64,000 nt of DNA from Phycisphaerae bacterium (GCA_963666835.2 CAXXGO010000006.1:1056001-1120000), one strand, 5' to 3'. Counted from the first letter of the stretch, positions 21,576 through 32,267 are shown. The notes: a model not told the origin generated them from the letters alone. Made by a program: numbers and translations.

Positions 21576-22172
21576 ATGCGGATGTTCTCTTTCTCCTTTG
21601 CGGCTCTTGTTTCGGTGGGTGTCGCAACGACGCTTCTGTCTGGACTGATCGGTGGGCGACTACGTGTTGCATTGGCATCTCGTATGTTCGCCATGGAGCT
21701 ACAGCATTACGACGGCGCCGCCGGGAACATCGCCTTGGAGCAAGCATTCCCTTTTACCAGGAAGCGGTATGTGTGGAAGGTGCCCCTGCCTTTCATTCAC
21801 GGCGTTGCCTCCATGACTGCGGCCATGATATTGGTGTTCGTCTTGCCGATTCCCGAGGATATACCAGATGTGTATGTCTTGGGGTTCTTTGTAGTCATTA
21901 TTGACGTGTTGATCATGTTGGTTGAGTTGCACTTGGCTAGGATAGCGATCATTCGTGTGCTTCGCGAGCGACTGATTGCGGAGGGTACTATCGTCTGTCG
22001 TCGATGCGGCTACGATCTTCGCGGACAGATAGAGCAACGCTGCCCGGAGTGCGGGAACCCGTTTTCCCTGACGCCGGAGAACGCGTCGACCCGCGGACAA
22101 AGCGGGCCCCCGCCTATGGAAGACACAAGGCAGACAAAGGGAGGCGTTTCCCGGGACGACCATTGCCATTGA
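21576..22172 (+). CDS. Putative immunity membrane protein with zinc ribbon (paralog of 8542)
   Basis: GGAGG RBS; 3 TM segments; LRERLIAEGTIVCRRCGYDLRGQIEQRCPECG. Confidence 0.8.
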   Translation: MRMFSFSFAALVSVGVATTLLSGLIGGRLRVALASRMFAMELQHYDGAAGNIALEQAFPFTRKRYVWKVPLPFIHGVASMTAAMILVFVLPIPEDIPDVYVLGFFVVIIDVLIMLVELHLARIAIIRVLRERLIAEGTIVCRRCGYDLRGQIEQRCPECGNPFSLTPENASTRGQSGPPPMEDTRQTKGGVSRDDHCH

Positions 22173-22224
22173 TTCAGGGTCACCATGCGGCACCGAGCGG
22201 GTTGATCCGTTCGGTGCCGCGTGG
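22136..22224 (+). repeat. Cassette-boundary element, copy 7 (diverged, not followed by Rhs)
   Basis: TGCGGCACCGAGCGG-gttgat-CCGTTCGGTGCCGCG at ~22186-22221. Confidence 0.8.
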
Positions 22225-22735
22225 GCCGTTCTACGGCGTTTGCTGCGCGGCATTTGCAATAGAGCCCACGTGCCAGGGAGGCATAGCGGGGCGGAGGCAT
22301 CCATACCGGCAATACAAGAAGGCGGAGGAGCGATTGATGAGAAGTACGAGGTTCAGCGGTTGTGCAGCGGCCATTTCGGTATTGGCCGCGTCGGCGTCGG
22401 TCGCGGTGGCCAGCGTTGATAGCGTTCTGCTTAGCCCTAAATTAGTTTTAACGTCGGGGTCTCCATGTCAGTGTCCGTTGCCAAACAGAGGATGCGCCAG
22501 AACCGATACGCGGTGATTCTCGGCTGTGCTGCGGATTACGGCATGCGTCAGATGACGGTCGAGGCGATCAAACTGGAGTGGTGGTTTCGCTCGCATCGGT
22601 TCAATCTGCGCCCTTACGCAATCTTCTGATGTTGAACGGGCGGGTCGACGTGATTGCGTTGAGGTTGGTGAAGGTATTCGACAGTTCGATCGTATTCAGA
22701 GGTGATGGGGCAGTAGAGGAGTTGTTCCTGATCTC

Positions 22736-23374
22736 ATGATAGTGCTTCTACGTAGCCATCTGTTGACCGCGGAGCAAACGTTGCTCAGGGGCTTCGTTTT
22801 TGCGTTCTGCGCCAACATCGTTATGCGCCTTGTGCTGGTTGTGGGAACGGCGCCGGACACCGGAGGAATAGTCTGCTATTTCATTCTCTTTGCAGCGTTC
22901 GTTGGTATTCCCGTCACATATATTGCGAAACGGACGACGACGCTACGAACGCTACAGTTTGTCATCGTGTACGTTTTGAGTCTCGTGTTAATCCAGCAGT
23001 TCAGCAACTGGGGCAACGTCATATGGGGAGGCTACGTGGATGCGCCGTTGCCTGGTTTCGGCCGAAGTGGGACGTTGCCTTTGTTCATTATTACGCCGAC
23101 GGCCATCCCGCTTTGCTTTTTGAGTTGCTTGCTTTATTGGGTAGCCAGCCGGTACCGGTGGGGGCCGGTGGTAATCCAGGATGGAACGATGTGCCCGCAA
23201 TGCGGCTACAACATCCTCGGCGCCGTTGACCGAATCTGTTCCGAATGTGGGCGGGAGTTCACATACCAGGAACTCGGTACGACGAAGCAGGGATTTTCGG
23301 CATCCGTGGGCGCGTCTGAGACCGCGCCTTTACCGGGTTGTGCAAGAACGGACGATGAGGCGCCGGAGTCCTGA
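22736..23374 (+). CDS. Orphan immunity-like membrane protein with zinc ribbon
   Basis: GAGGAG upstream; ~4 TM segments; CPQCGYNILG..CSECG. Confidence 0.75.
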   Translation: MIVLLRSHLLTAEQTLLRGFVFAFCANIVMRLVLVVGTAPDTGGIVCYFILFAAFVGIPVTYIAKRTTTLRTLQFVIVYVLSLVLIQQFSNWGNVIWGGYVDAPLPGFGRSGTLPLFIITPTAIPLCFLSCLLYWVASRYRWGPVVIQDGTMCPQCGYNILGAVDRICSECGREFTYQELGTTKQGFSASVGASETAPLPGCARTDDEAPES

Positions 23375-23382
23375 GGCCGAAC

Positions 23383-23480
23383 AACGGGGATCTGACGTCC
23401 TTTTGCCGGCCGACCACAGTCATTGCATTCGTGCTACCTTGCGGCACCGGGCGGGTTGCTCCGTTCGGTGCCGCGGGTGG
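23383..23480 (+). repeat. Cassette-boundary element, copy 8
   Basis: Hairpin 23434-23480, loop gttgct. Confidence 0.9.
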
Positions 23481-23483
23481 TTT

Positions 23484-24400
23484 GTGGGTCGCGCATTCAC
23501 GTACGATCGTGAGCGTGTTCAGGTGTCGGGAGAGACAACGTATTGGCACAGGTACACCGGCAAGCAGACTCGGGTGGGGCCGGATGGGACGGAGACTCCG
23601 AGCCGGTTTCGACGACGTACTACTTCTACAACGCCGTGGGCAATCCTCTGCGGGTGGTCACCGAGCCGGGTTCGACGGCTGCAATCGCGGCCGCGGCAAG
23701 GGCTCTGGATTCCGACATGGCCGCAGCCTTCGGGACTCCTTCGCCTACTCCCCTGCTTAGCAGGGAGGGGTCGGAGGAGGTTCTGCCGGATGCACGGTTC
23801 ACGGGCACCGCTGACGTCCCGAAGGCGGGCGAGCGGGAGTACATGGCCGTGCGGTTTGGGTATGCGGTTAACGGTACGGCCGTCGGCTTCGTGATGGGCG
23901 AGCGGTGGCGGTGGGATCCGGACGCGGGCGGGGATCCGACGGATTTTGAGATTACATACGCGCGCGAGTTTCGGTATGATGGAGGTCGGCAGAGGTATCT
24001 GAATCGGCAGTTGGATCCCGCGGCCTTGCAGGAGTCCGGGCAGTTGGTCTCTTTGCGCGATACGTGGTCGGACTACTCCGGGGATTCGGTCTACGCCGAT
24101 TACAGCTTCGACGGCGGCGTGCCGGAGGTCTCGCGGATCTACGAGCCCGGCGTCGGGATGTCGGTGGACCCCACGGCCGTGGCGGGCACGCGGTATTATC
24201 ACGCTGACCATCTGGGCACAACCCGGTTCACGTCGGACGGTGCCACCGGTGCGGCCGCGGACAGTTCCAGCTACGAGGCCTTCGGTGCTCAGATCGACGG
24301 GACGAACCGCCGCTATGGCTACGCCGGTGCCTACGGCTACCAGTCGCACGACATCGATGAAGTGGCCGCCCTCGACCCGCCACTAGACCCGGCCACGGCT
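23484..24400 (+). pseudogene. Chimeric Rhs fragment (type A start, type B core) truncated before the core end; no tip
   Basis: [17 protein letters not shown], then a frame change to EPVSTTYYFYN; identity with the 11193 module stops after LDPPLDPATA. Confidence 0.85.
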
Positions 24401-24567
24401 TCAGGGCCAGCGCACATTAGATCCCTGGCGTCACAAGGACTTACAGTCTGCCAACGGCGTGTCCCCAGGGGAATTGTGACACTGCCAGTCCGCCGCCCAA
24501 GCACTCCCACAGCGTTTTTCTCGAGGAAGGCGGGATTGCAGCTTTGCGGTCGGGTTTCCCATATTGC

Positions 24568-24984
24568 CTATTCGTCCCATTTATGCGCACTGGCCCTGCA
24601 CGGCGCCCCCGGGGTCCTGATGTAGTCCGATACTCTGGTCATATACCCGGACAGCTCACGATAGGAGCGTAGTAACATGATCGCCGATGCAATGCCGTGG
24701 TCGATCTGCATTTGCCCCGGATCTGGGCTCACGCCAAAGTCTTTACCTAAGGCGAAATAGTTGCGAAGCGCCTTTCCGTTAGTTCCGAGGCAACAGGTTT
24801 GCGCGTGTTCCTCGATGTCATCAAGCACCGTGCGGTTGGTGTTAGGCAGGCAAAGAAGGTCGTCAAGAGTGTCAACATGTAGCCGGACTGGTGTGCCCAG
24901 CAGGTATTGGAGCTTACGTTCGGTTTTGACGGGGGTTTGTTCGGTGAAGTATGCACGCACGAAGTGCGATAGCAGGTACCGCAT
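24568..24984 (-). CDS. Hypothetical protein, probably truncated (DHG motif, possibly HD-like)
   Basis: ATG directly follows the XRE stop; IDHGIASAIMLL. Confidence 0.4.
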   Translation of the reverse strand: MRYLLSHFVRAYFTEQTPVKTERKLQYLLGTPVRLHVDTLDDLLCLPNTNRTVLDDIEEHAQTCCLGTNGKALRNYFALGKDFGVSPDPGQMQIDHGIASAIMLLRSYRELSGYMTRVSDYIRTPGAPCRASAHKWDE

Positions 24985-25485
24985 TCACTTCGCCGGCTTC
25001 CGTCGTGGTGTTGCATCGGACTCCTTGGATCTCGTTGGGTCCGACAGCTCCGTTCCTTGCAGGATCTGCTCAAGCTTCCGTGTGACATTACGGGTGCTCT
25101 TGAGGATTTCCGAAAGGAGACGCCGAGGCACGACGCAGAACTCCCCGCCGTCAGGGACGGGCGACGCCAAGCTCTCCACCGACACGTCCAAGAACTCCGC
25201 GATTCTCTTTATGTCATCGGGGGCAGGGTTTGCCACTCCCGTTAGCCACTTGCTGACCTTCCCCTGCGATTCGCCAATCCCGATGGCCAAGTCGCGCTGT
25301 CGCAGGCCCTTCAGTTGGAGTTGCGCCCGCACCGTACGGCGAAAAATCTCCCAAAACGGTGAATTTTCTCTTGACTCGGTGGGGTTCACGGTGTATGTTT
25401 TCCAATAGAGGCGAGTGCTTGGGCGAACGGCACAGGACGGAGCCCGCACTTCGGATCCCGCCGAGCGCAAGTGTGGCGGAAACAA
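24985..25485 (-). CDS. XRE-family HTH transcriptional regulator (start uncertain)
   Basis: KGLRQRDLAIGIGESQGKVSKWLTGVANPAPDDIKRIAEFLDV. Confidence 0.8.
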   Translation of the reverse strand: MFPPHLRSAGSEVRAPSCAVRPSTRLYWKTYTVNPTESRENSPFWEIFRRTVRAQLQLKGLRQRDLAIGIGESQGKVSKWLTGVANPAPDDIKRIAEFLDVSVESLASPVPDGGEFCVVPRRLLSEILKSTRNVTRKLEQILQGTELSDPTRSKESDATPRRKPAK

Positions 25486-25732
25486 GTTTCACAACGCTCC
25501 TGTCGGAAAGGGCGCAAGGAAGTAACTGAGTACACACGGTCGGAGCAAAGCACGTACAAGATCCTTCTGGCCGTCCATGAAGAGTCAAGTTCCCCGCCGT
25601 CGTGAGAGGAGAACTTACTCAGGATACTTGCCCGAAGGGCCGTCAGTCAAGCTGCGGTGGTTGTCTTGCCGGGTGAGGTGCGCGCGGAGCGTAGACGGCA
25701 TGTGGTTGCGTGCGGATGTTGGCTGTCTGACT

Positions 25733-25948
25733 TCCCCCCTTAACGAGGGGGGATTGAGGGGAGTCTGCGCGGGAGATGCGGCGTTGGGTAAGCCGTTGAC
25801 TCGAAAGGGCGGGAAATCTCCCCCAACCCCTCCTTCGTGAGGAGGGGAGTAAGAGGACAACCTCGCCCGGGCCTTCCTTGGCATGGAGGAGAGCAGGAGG
25901 ACGACCTCCCCTGGCCCCTCCTTGGTAAGGAGGGGAGGAAGAGGGGGA
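25733..25948. repeat. Cluster of CCCCT/AGGGG palindromes (REP-like)
   Basis: CCCCCCTTAACGAGGGGGG, CCCCTCCTTCGTGAGGAGGGG, CCCCTCCTTGGTAAGGAGGGG. Confidence 0.65.
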
Positions 25949-26053
25949 CGCGGGTGTGGTAGCTCTTATCACCTGAACAGGTGATACCGGGCGGGTATCG
26001 AGTCTTGGGGCGGTAGTTGGTTCATTGGAAGCGAAGCGGCTTGGCCGCGGTGG

Positions 26054-26380
26054 GTGCTCAAGGTGCGCGCCGGCGGGGCCGAGTTGTCGGAGGCGGTCGG
26101 GATGCTCAATGAGGCGGATGCTCGGTACTTCGCGGCGTTGGTGGCGGTGCGCGAGGTGATCGGGCAGGAGGGGCTTCATTTCGAACGTCTGCCCGAAGCG
26201 TTGGAGGCGTTGCTCGATCGGTGCAGGCCCGAGGTGCTGTTCAGCGTGATCGCCGAGTGTCTTGAACGGCTGCTGGGCACCGAGACGCTCCAGCGGGTCA
26301 AGGAGATTCAGATCGAGGCCGGGGCAAGTCCCCGGATTGACGAGGGCAACGGGCGGAGATGCCACGGGTGTGGCAGGTAG
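26054..26380 (+). CDS. Hypothetical protein
   Basis: Coding-like composition only; no motif recognised. Confidence 0.35.
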   Translation: MLKVRAGGAELSEAVGMLNEADARYFAALVAVREVIGQEGLHFERLPEALEALLDRCRPEVLFSVIAECLERLLGTETLQRVKEIQIEAGASPRIDEGNGRRCHGCGR

Positions 26381-26925
26381 TTATGGCGGACGGTCGGGGC
26401 AGATGTCGGGGTACGGAGGGCGCGGTTGGGGATCTTCACTGGCGAAGTGCAGGCGCATGCCGCAGGATTCATCCTCCCTCCGGGTGGGGCACCGGTCAAC
26501 TGGAACGGGCCGGTGCCCCCGTTCTTCGACCCCCCGGCCACTGACGGCTGCGTCCAGGGACTGCGAGTCCCTTCCCTTGCGGAGACCCCGACCGGCCTTC
26601 CTCGGTCGGGGTCTCCCGGTTTGGCCGACAGGCCGGCCGAGGTCGGTTTACCGTCAGTACCGCAAGCCTCAGCGCCCGGCCCTCGGTACGCACATAGGCT
26701 GCGGCAGGTCTCGTGGCTCGTCGGGGACCTTGGTGGTCCGTGGAACGGCCCCGGCTTCACCCCAGCAGGCTGCAGCGCGGTCGGGCTCCGGATGCTGCCC
26801 AGCCCGGCCAACCGAGGTATCTTGCACCAGGAAGCCAGATAGCCTGATGATCACGTCTCGATGCTGCAACACTGTACCTCCACCGGATGTTAGTACCCCT
26901 TAAGGGGAAGCTTCTACGGATACGC

Positions 26926-26954
26926 TTGACGTGGAGTCAGAGGGGGTGCAATAT
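26926..26954 (+). promoter_or_regulatory. Candidate sigma70 promoter for the 27101 gene
   Basis: TTGACG, 17 bp, CAATAT. Confidence 0.35.
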
Positions 26955-27100
26955 TCGTCGATAGCATATGCTGGGCAACTGCAAGGTCGTCGTTCTTATC
27001 GCGGTGGGACTTGGCCGGCCCGCCCGGGATGGTGGGGCACTCCTCACGCGAGAGGGGTGTCGTGGAGTCCTTGGAGTGCTTTCATATCTGGAGAAGTGTC

Positions 27101-27634
27101 ATGAAAAAGCTGCTAACGGGGTTAACGGTATTGGGGCTTTGCGCGGGGCTGCTCGGGGTATCGTCACTTCTGTACGCCGCCGACCCAGAGCCGGTTGAGT
27201 CGACCGACGCGCAGGCAGAGCAAGAGGAGGACGCCGCTTGGGACGCCTGGCGTACGGACTTCGAAGCCCGGCTGGCCGTGGATGAGGAGTACCTCGCGGC
27301 CGAGGAGGCGTTGGCGGGCTGGGTCGGCGAGGACGACGAGGAGTACGCGATTCTCGAGGACGCATGTGCCCGGCGATATCGAGAAGTTGCTCTGGTGGTA
27401 TACGAAGGGCATTTCGGCGAATGGACCGGCACAATGGACGAGTTCGACGAGGCGGTGGCCGAGCAACCCAGCGACTTCGCCAAGTCCTGCACCAAGGACG
27501 CGATAGATGGTTGCGGACAGGGCAAAGTCTGCTGGGTGAAAGCCGACGCGAAGAACGGTATATGCGGGTGCGCTTGTGCCGGCCCGAAAGGCGAGTGCCC
27601 GGACTATCCGGCCGCTAGCATGTCGACTGAATAG
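27101..27634 (+). CDS. Secreted protein with acidic middle region and Cys-rich C-terminus
   Basis: GGAG RBS; MKKLLTGLTVLGL.. signal peptide; 7 Cys in the last ~50 aa. Confidence 0.8.
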   Translation: MKKLLTGLTVLGLCAGLLGVSSLLYAADPEPVESTDAQAEQEEDAAWDAWRTDFEARLAVDEEYLAAEEALAGWVGEDDEEYAILEDACARRYREVALVVYEGHFGEWTGTMDEFDEAVAEQPSDFAKSCTKDAIDGCGQGKVCWVKADAKNGICGCACAGPKGECPDYPAASMSTE

Positions 27635-27680
27635 CCGACGCGCCAACATGCGGTATTGATCGGAAGAAGACAGCCCAAAG

Positions 27681-27719
27681 AGGGGGAGCCGGATTCCACC
27701 GGCTCTCCCTTCGTTCTTT
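27681..27719 (+). terminator. Intrinsic terminator
   Basis: AGGGGGAGCCGG-attcca-CCGGCTCTCCCT then TCGTTCTTT. Confidence 0.65.
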
Positions 27720-28186
27720 GGTTTAACCGGCAGCCCCTCGACGCAGGCGACGACGTCAGTGCCATCGGGCTAGCGCCGGAAACACACGATCGCAAGGCCG
27801 GTACGAAAACTCTGCAACCGAGGACGGGGTGCAGCCTGCGAAGCTACCTGACGGAAGAAGCGGAGAATTCGTGATGCTCTGTTCTCCCTTTGAACTCGCA
27901 CGGTGCGGACCGTCGGGCAGCCCACGGAGTTGATATCGGCATGATTCGTCGGCCCACGCCACCAAACGGGTGCGGCCCGGTGGGTGTCTGCCTGTCCTCG
28001 TTGATGACACTTGTTGAAAACCACGTGTTACGTCAGTACAGTGCCGGGCGGTGGTCCGTCTGGAGTCTGTGCGGGACCGGGTCTGCGCCATCTTGGCTGA
28101 GAGGAAGTCCACGCACTTCGCGGTGTTCGGCGTTGCGGACGAGGCCTGCCGGAAGCCGTTGGAGCGACTGGAGGTAGAGTCAGGTC

Positions 28187-29971
28187 ATGATCTCCAGCAT
28201 GTTGGCCGTCGCCTCGGAAACCGATTGGGCCATTATCACGAACTTGGTCGTGATCCTGGTAAGCGCCGCCGTCGTGGCCGTAGTCATGCAGCCCATGCGG
28301 CTGGCCGCGATTCCTGCCTACCTGATCGCGGGCGCTGTGGTCGGGCCGCGGACACTCGGGTTGGTTCCTTCGTCGGAGAACCTCGGCGCCATCTCGCACT
28401 TGGCCATCATCCTGCTTCTGTTCGGGATCGGACTGGAACTGCACCTTTCGGTCCTGCGGCACCGCTTGGCGCGTATGGTTCTCGTGGGGGTCGGATCCTG
28501 TCTGCTCTCTGTGGCTGCGGGCTGGCCGGTCGCGATCTGGTTCGGATTGACGCCTCCGGCGGCGCTGGTGGTCTGCATGGCGCTGGCGCTTTCGTCCACG
28601 GCGGTGGTTCTGCGCATCATTGCGGAACGGCGGGAGATTCGCAGGGCGCGCGGCCGGTTGGCAGTTTCGATCCTCGTGATTCAAGACATGATCGTCTTGG
28701 GGATGTTGGCGGCACTGCCGGCGGTGGCCGAATGGGCCGACGTCGCCGTCGGTACGCCGGTGGATCAGTCCGATTCGGCGGGCGCCCCCAAGAGCTGGCT
28801 GCGATTCGTTGCAGATGCTACCGTCCGGGTCGCGGCGGCGGGAGCGCTTATCGTCCTCGGCCGACTCGTCCTTCCGCGGATTCTGCGCGAATCGCTTAAG
28901 GGGCGGTCCTTGGAGGTGATGACCCTTGCCGGCGTGGCGGCGGCGCTTCTTGCGGCCGTTACGGCGCAGGGCATCGGGTTCAGCTTGGAGATGGGCGCGT
29001 TTCTGGCCGGGCTCGTGCTTGCGGGGACACCGTTTCGGCACCAACTCAGCGGCCAGATTGGGCCGTTGCGGGATATCTTCATTGCGGTGTTCTTTACGAC
29101 TCTCGGTATGAAGCTGGATCCGAGTATCGTCGCCCAGTGGTGGTGGGTTATTCTGGCGGGCGGGGCGGTGATGATTGCGCTCAAGGCCGTCTTGATCTCC
29201 GGCGTTTGCTGGGCGCTCGGAACCACGGCCGGCATCGCCATTGCGGTGGGCTTCTCGCTTGCCCAGGCGGGGGAGTTCAGCCTCATCGTGCTCGACACGG
29301 CGCACGGCAAGGGGATTCTCGATGATGCGACGGCGGCAACGGCCATCGCCATTGTGGTTATGTCGCTGATCATCACACCGGCGTTGGTTGAACTCGGCGG
29401 CCGGATCGCTCGGGTGGCATCCAAGATCGGACCCGCCCCGTGGATCAAGACAGCGCTGCTGCGTGAGTCCGGCCATGTGCCGCCGTCCCAGCGGACCCAG
29501 CACGTGATCATTGCCGGTCATGGTCCCATCGGAGCGTTGATTGCGGAAGAGCTGGAACGGGCGGGCGGCACCTGCACCATTGTGGAACTCAACCCGGCCA
29601 CCGTGCAGGAGCAGTCTCGGCGAGGTCGGACCGTCATCTTCGGCGACGTCGGTAATCCGGAAGTGCTCGAGTCGGCGGGGATCGGCACCGCGGATGCTTT
29701 GGTCATTACCATTCCCGACGAAGAGGCCGTTTTGCGCACTTGTGCAGTTGCCCGCCGGCGCGCCCCGGACATTTTCATTGCCGCCCGGACGCGCGTAGTC
29801 AGCGAGCAGGCGGCGCTTACCGAGGTCGGTGCCGACTCTGTGACAGTAGACGAGACGTCCGCGGCGTCGGAGATGTTGCGGGCGGTCATGGATCGCATCG
29901 GTATTAACGCGGACATGGAACCGCTCGGTGAGGGACTGCGTTCCGACAAACCTGCCGACTCGGTCGGCTGA
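28187..29971 (+). CDS. CPA2 cation:proton antiporter with TrkA-N/RCK domain (KefB/KefC-like)
   Basis: LLFGIGLEL, ALSSTAVV, GAFLAG, LAQAGEFS, VIIAGHGPIG, VIFGD. Confidence 0.92.
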   Translation: MISSMLAVASETDWAIITNLVVILVSAAVVAVVMQPMRLAAIPAYLIAGAVVGPRTLGLVPSSENLGAISHLAIILLLFGIGLELHLSVLRHRLARMVLVGVGSCLLSVAAGWPVAIWFGLTPPAALVVCMALALSSTAVVLRIIAERREIRRARGRLAVSILVIQDMIVLGMLAALPAVAEWADVAVGTPVDQSDSAGAPKSWLRFVADATVRVAAAGALIVLGRLVLPRILRESLKGRSLEVMTLAGVAAALLAAVTAQGIGFSLEMGAFLAGLVLAGTPFRHQLSGQIGPLRDIFIAVFFTTLGMKLDPSIVAQWWWVILAGGAVMIALKAVLISGVCWALGTTAGIAIAVGFSLAQAGEFSLIVLDTAHGKGILDDATAATAIAIVVMSLIITPALVELGGRIARVASKIGPAPWIKTALLRESGHVPPSQRTQHVIIAGHGPIGALIAEELERAGGTCTIVELNPATVQEQSRRGRTVIFGDVGNPEVLESAGIGTADALVITIPDEEAVLRTCAVARRRAPDIFIAARTRVVSEQAALTEVGADSVTVDETSAASEMLRAVMDRIGINADMEPLGEGLRSDKPADSVG

Positions 29972-30027
29972 CCAGGGCGGCGCAGGGGGTTTCAGTAAGC
30001 GATACGAATTTGCGAGGGCTGCCACGG

Positions 30028-31467
<1,440 letters not shown>

Positions 31468-31807
31468 TCCGAGGACTGATTTCTGTGTGACCATACTGGT
31501 CAGTATCTGTCCAGAATGGTCATATTGTGTCCGATGTCGGCGTGTTCGGCACAGGCGGACGAGTTACGTAATGCTCTAATGGATAAGGGTTTACGAGCTT
31601 TTCTCACGCGGGCCGCGGATGGCACGCGTCGTGTGATAGAGCATGTCGGGAGCGGAAGCACTTCGGGGAGATTGACTCTTCGGGGTGGCGACCGGTGGAT
31701 CGAGCTTATCCGGTTCTGCGAGCGATGATCCGCGGCCGGAGGGGGCTCGGATTGGGGGCTGGGGTCTCCCGCAACCGGTAAGACCATTAGAGATGGAGGT
31801 ATTGACG

Positions 31808-32116
31808 ATGCGACGAGGAGATTCGAAACCACGGGCGAAGCGGCGACAGGAGATGCTACGCGAGTTGGCGGCCGAAGAGGCGATCTACGTCAACTCCGGC
31901 GGAGGATTGTCGCGTGCGGCGGAGGCCATCGATGCGCTGCGGCGGATGCGCGACGGCACGTACGGCATCTGCGCCGACTGTGAGAAGAAGATCCCCGCGG
32001 CCCGCCTTCACGCTAAACCGGAGGCAACGCGCTGCATCGCCTGCCAGACGGAATACGAGCGGCGATCACCGATTCCTATGACACCATGGGGTCAGTTTTC
32101 CGCACAATCTGCCTAA
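31808..32116 (+). CDS. DksA/TraR C4-type zinc finger protein
   Basis: GGAGGT RBS; ALRRMRDGTYGICADC..IPAARLHAKPEATRCIAC. Confidence 0.85.
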   Translation: MRRGDSKPRAKRRQEMLRELAAEEAIYVNSGGGLSRAAEAIDALRRMRDGTYGICADCEKKIPAARLHAKPEATRCIACQTEYERRSPIPMTPWGQFSAQSA

Positions 32117-32267
32117 GGGCTCGCACCCGACCCGCCGCGCCGCGACGGCCGGGCGATCCGGCCCGAACGCCCCGCACCACACTGGTGCGGGCGAGCCGTC
32201 GCGGCGGGCGGTGGTGCTGATGATTAGCGTCATGCCGAGAATGGTAGGGTAACGGCACGAAACGAGG

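Noticed and set aside
6596..23480. Canonical integron attC sites
   Set aside because: No RYYYAAC..GTTRRRY ends around the hairpin and no IntI gene in the window; the resemblance is architectural only
26426..26842. Pro/Gly-rich 138-aa ORF
   Set aside because: Several overlapping ORFs of similar size and no motif or clear start; cannot support a call
28028..30025. Long antisense ORFs (also 2198-3424, 6504-7604, 44815-46737, 48605-50260)
   Set aside because: Shadows of high-GC genes or repeats on the opposite strand; no recognisable domains
31620..31636. Sigma-54 promoter before the DksA/TraR gene
   Set aside because: TGGCAC -24 box is present but the -12 position reads GTGT rather than TTGC; too weak to call
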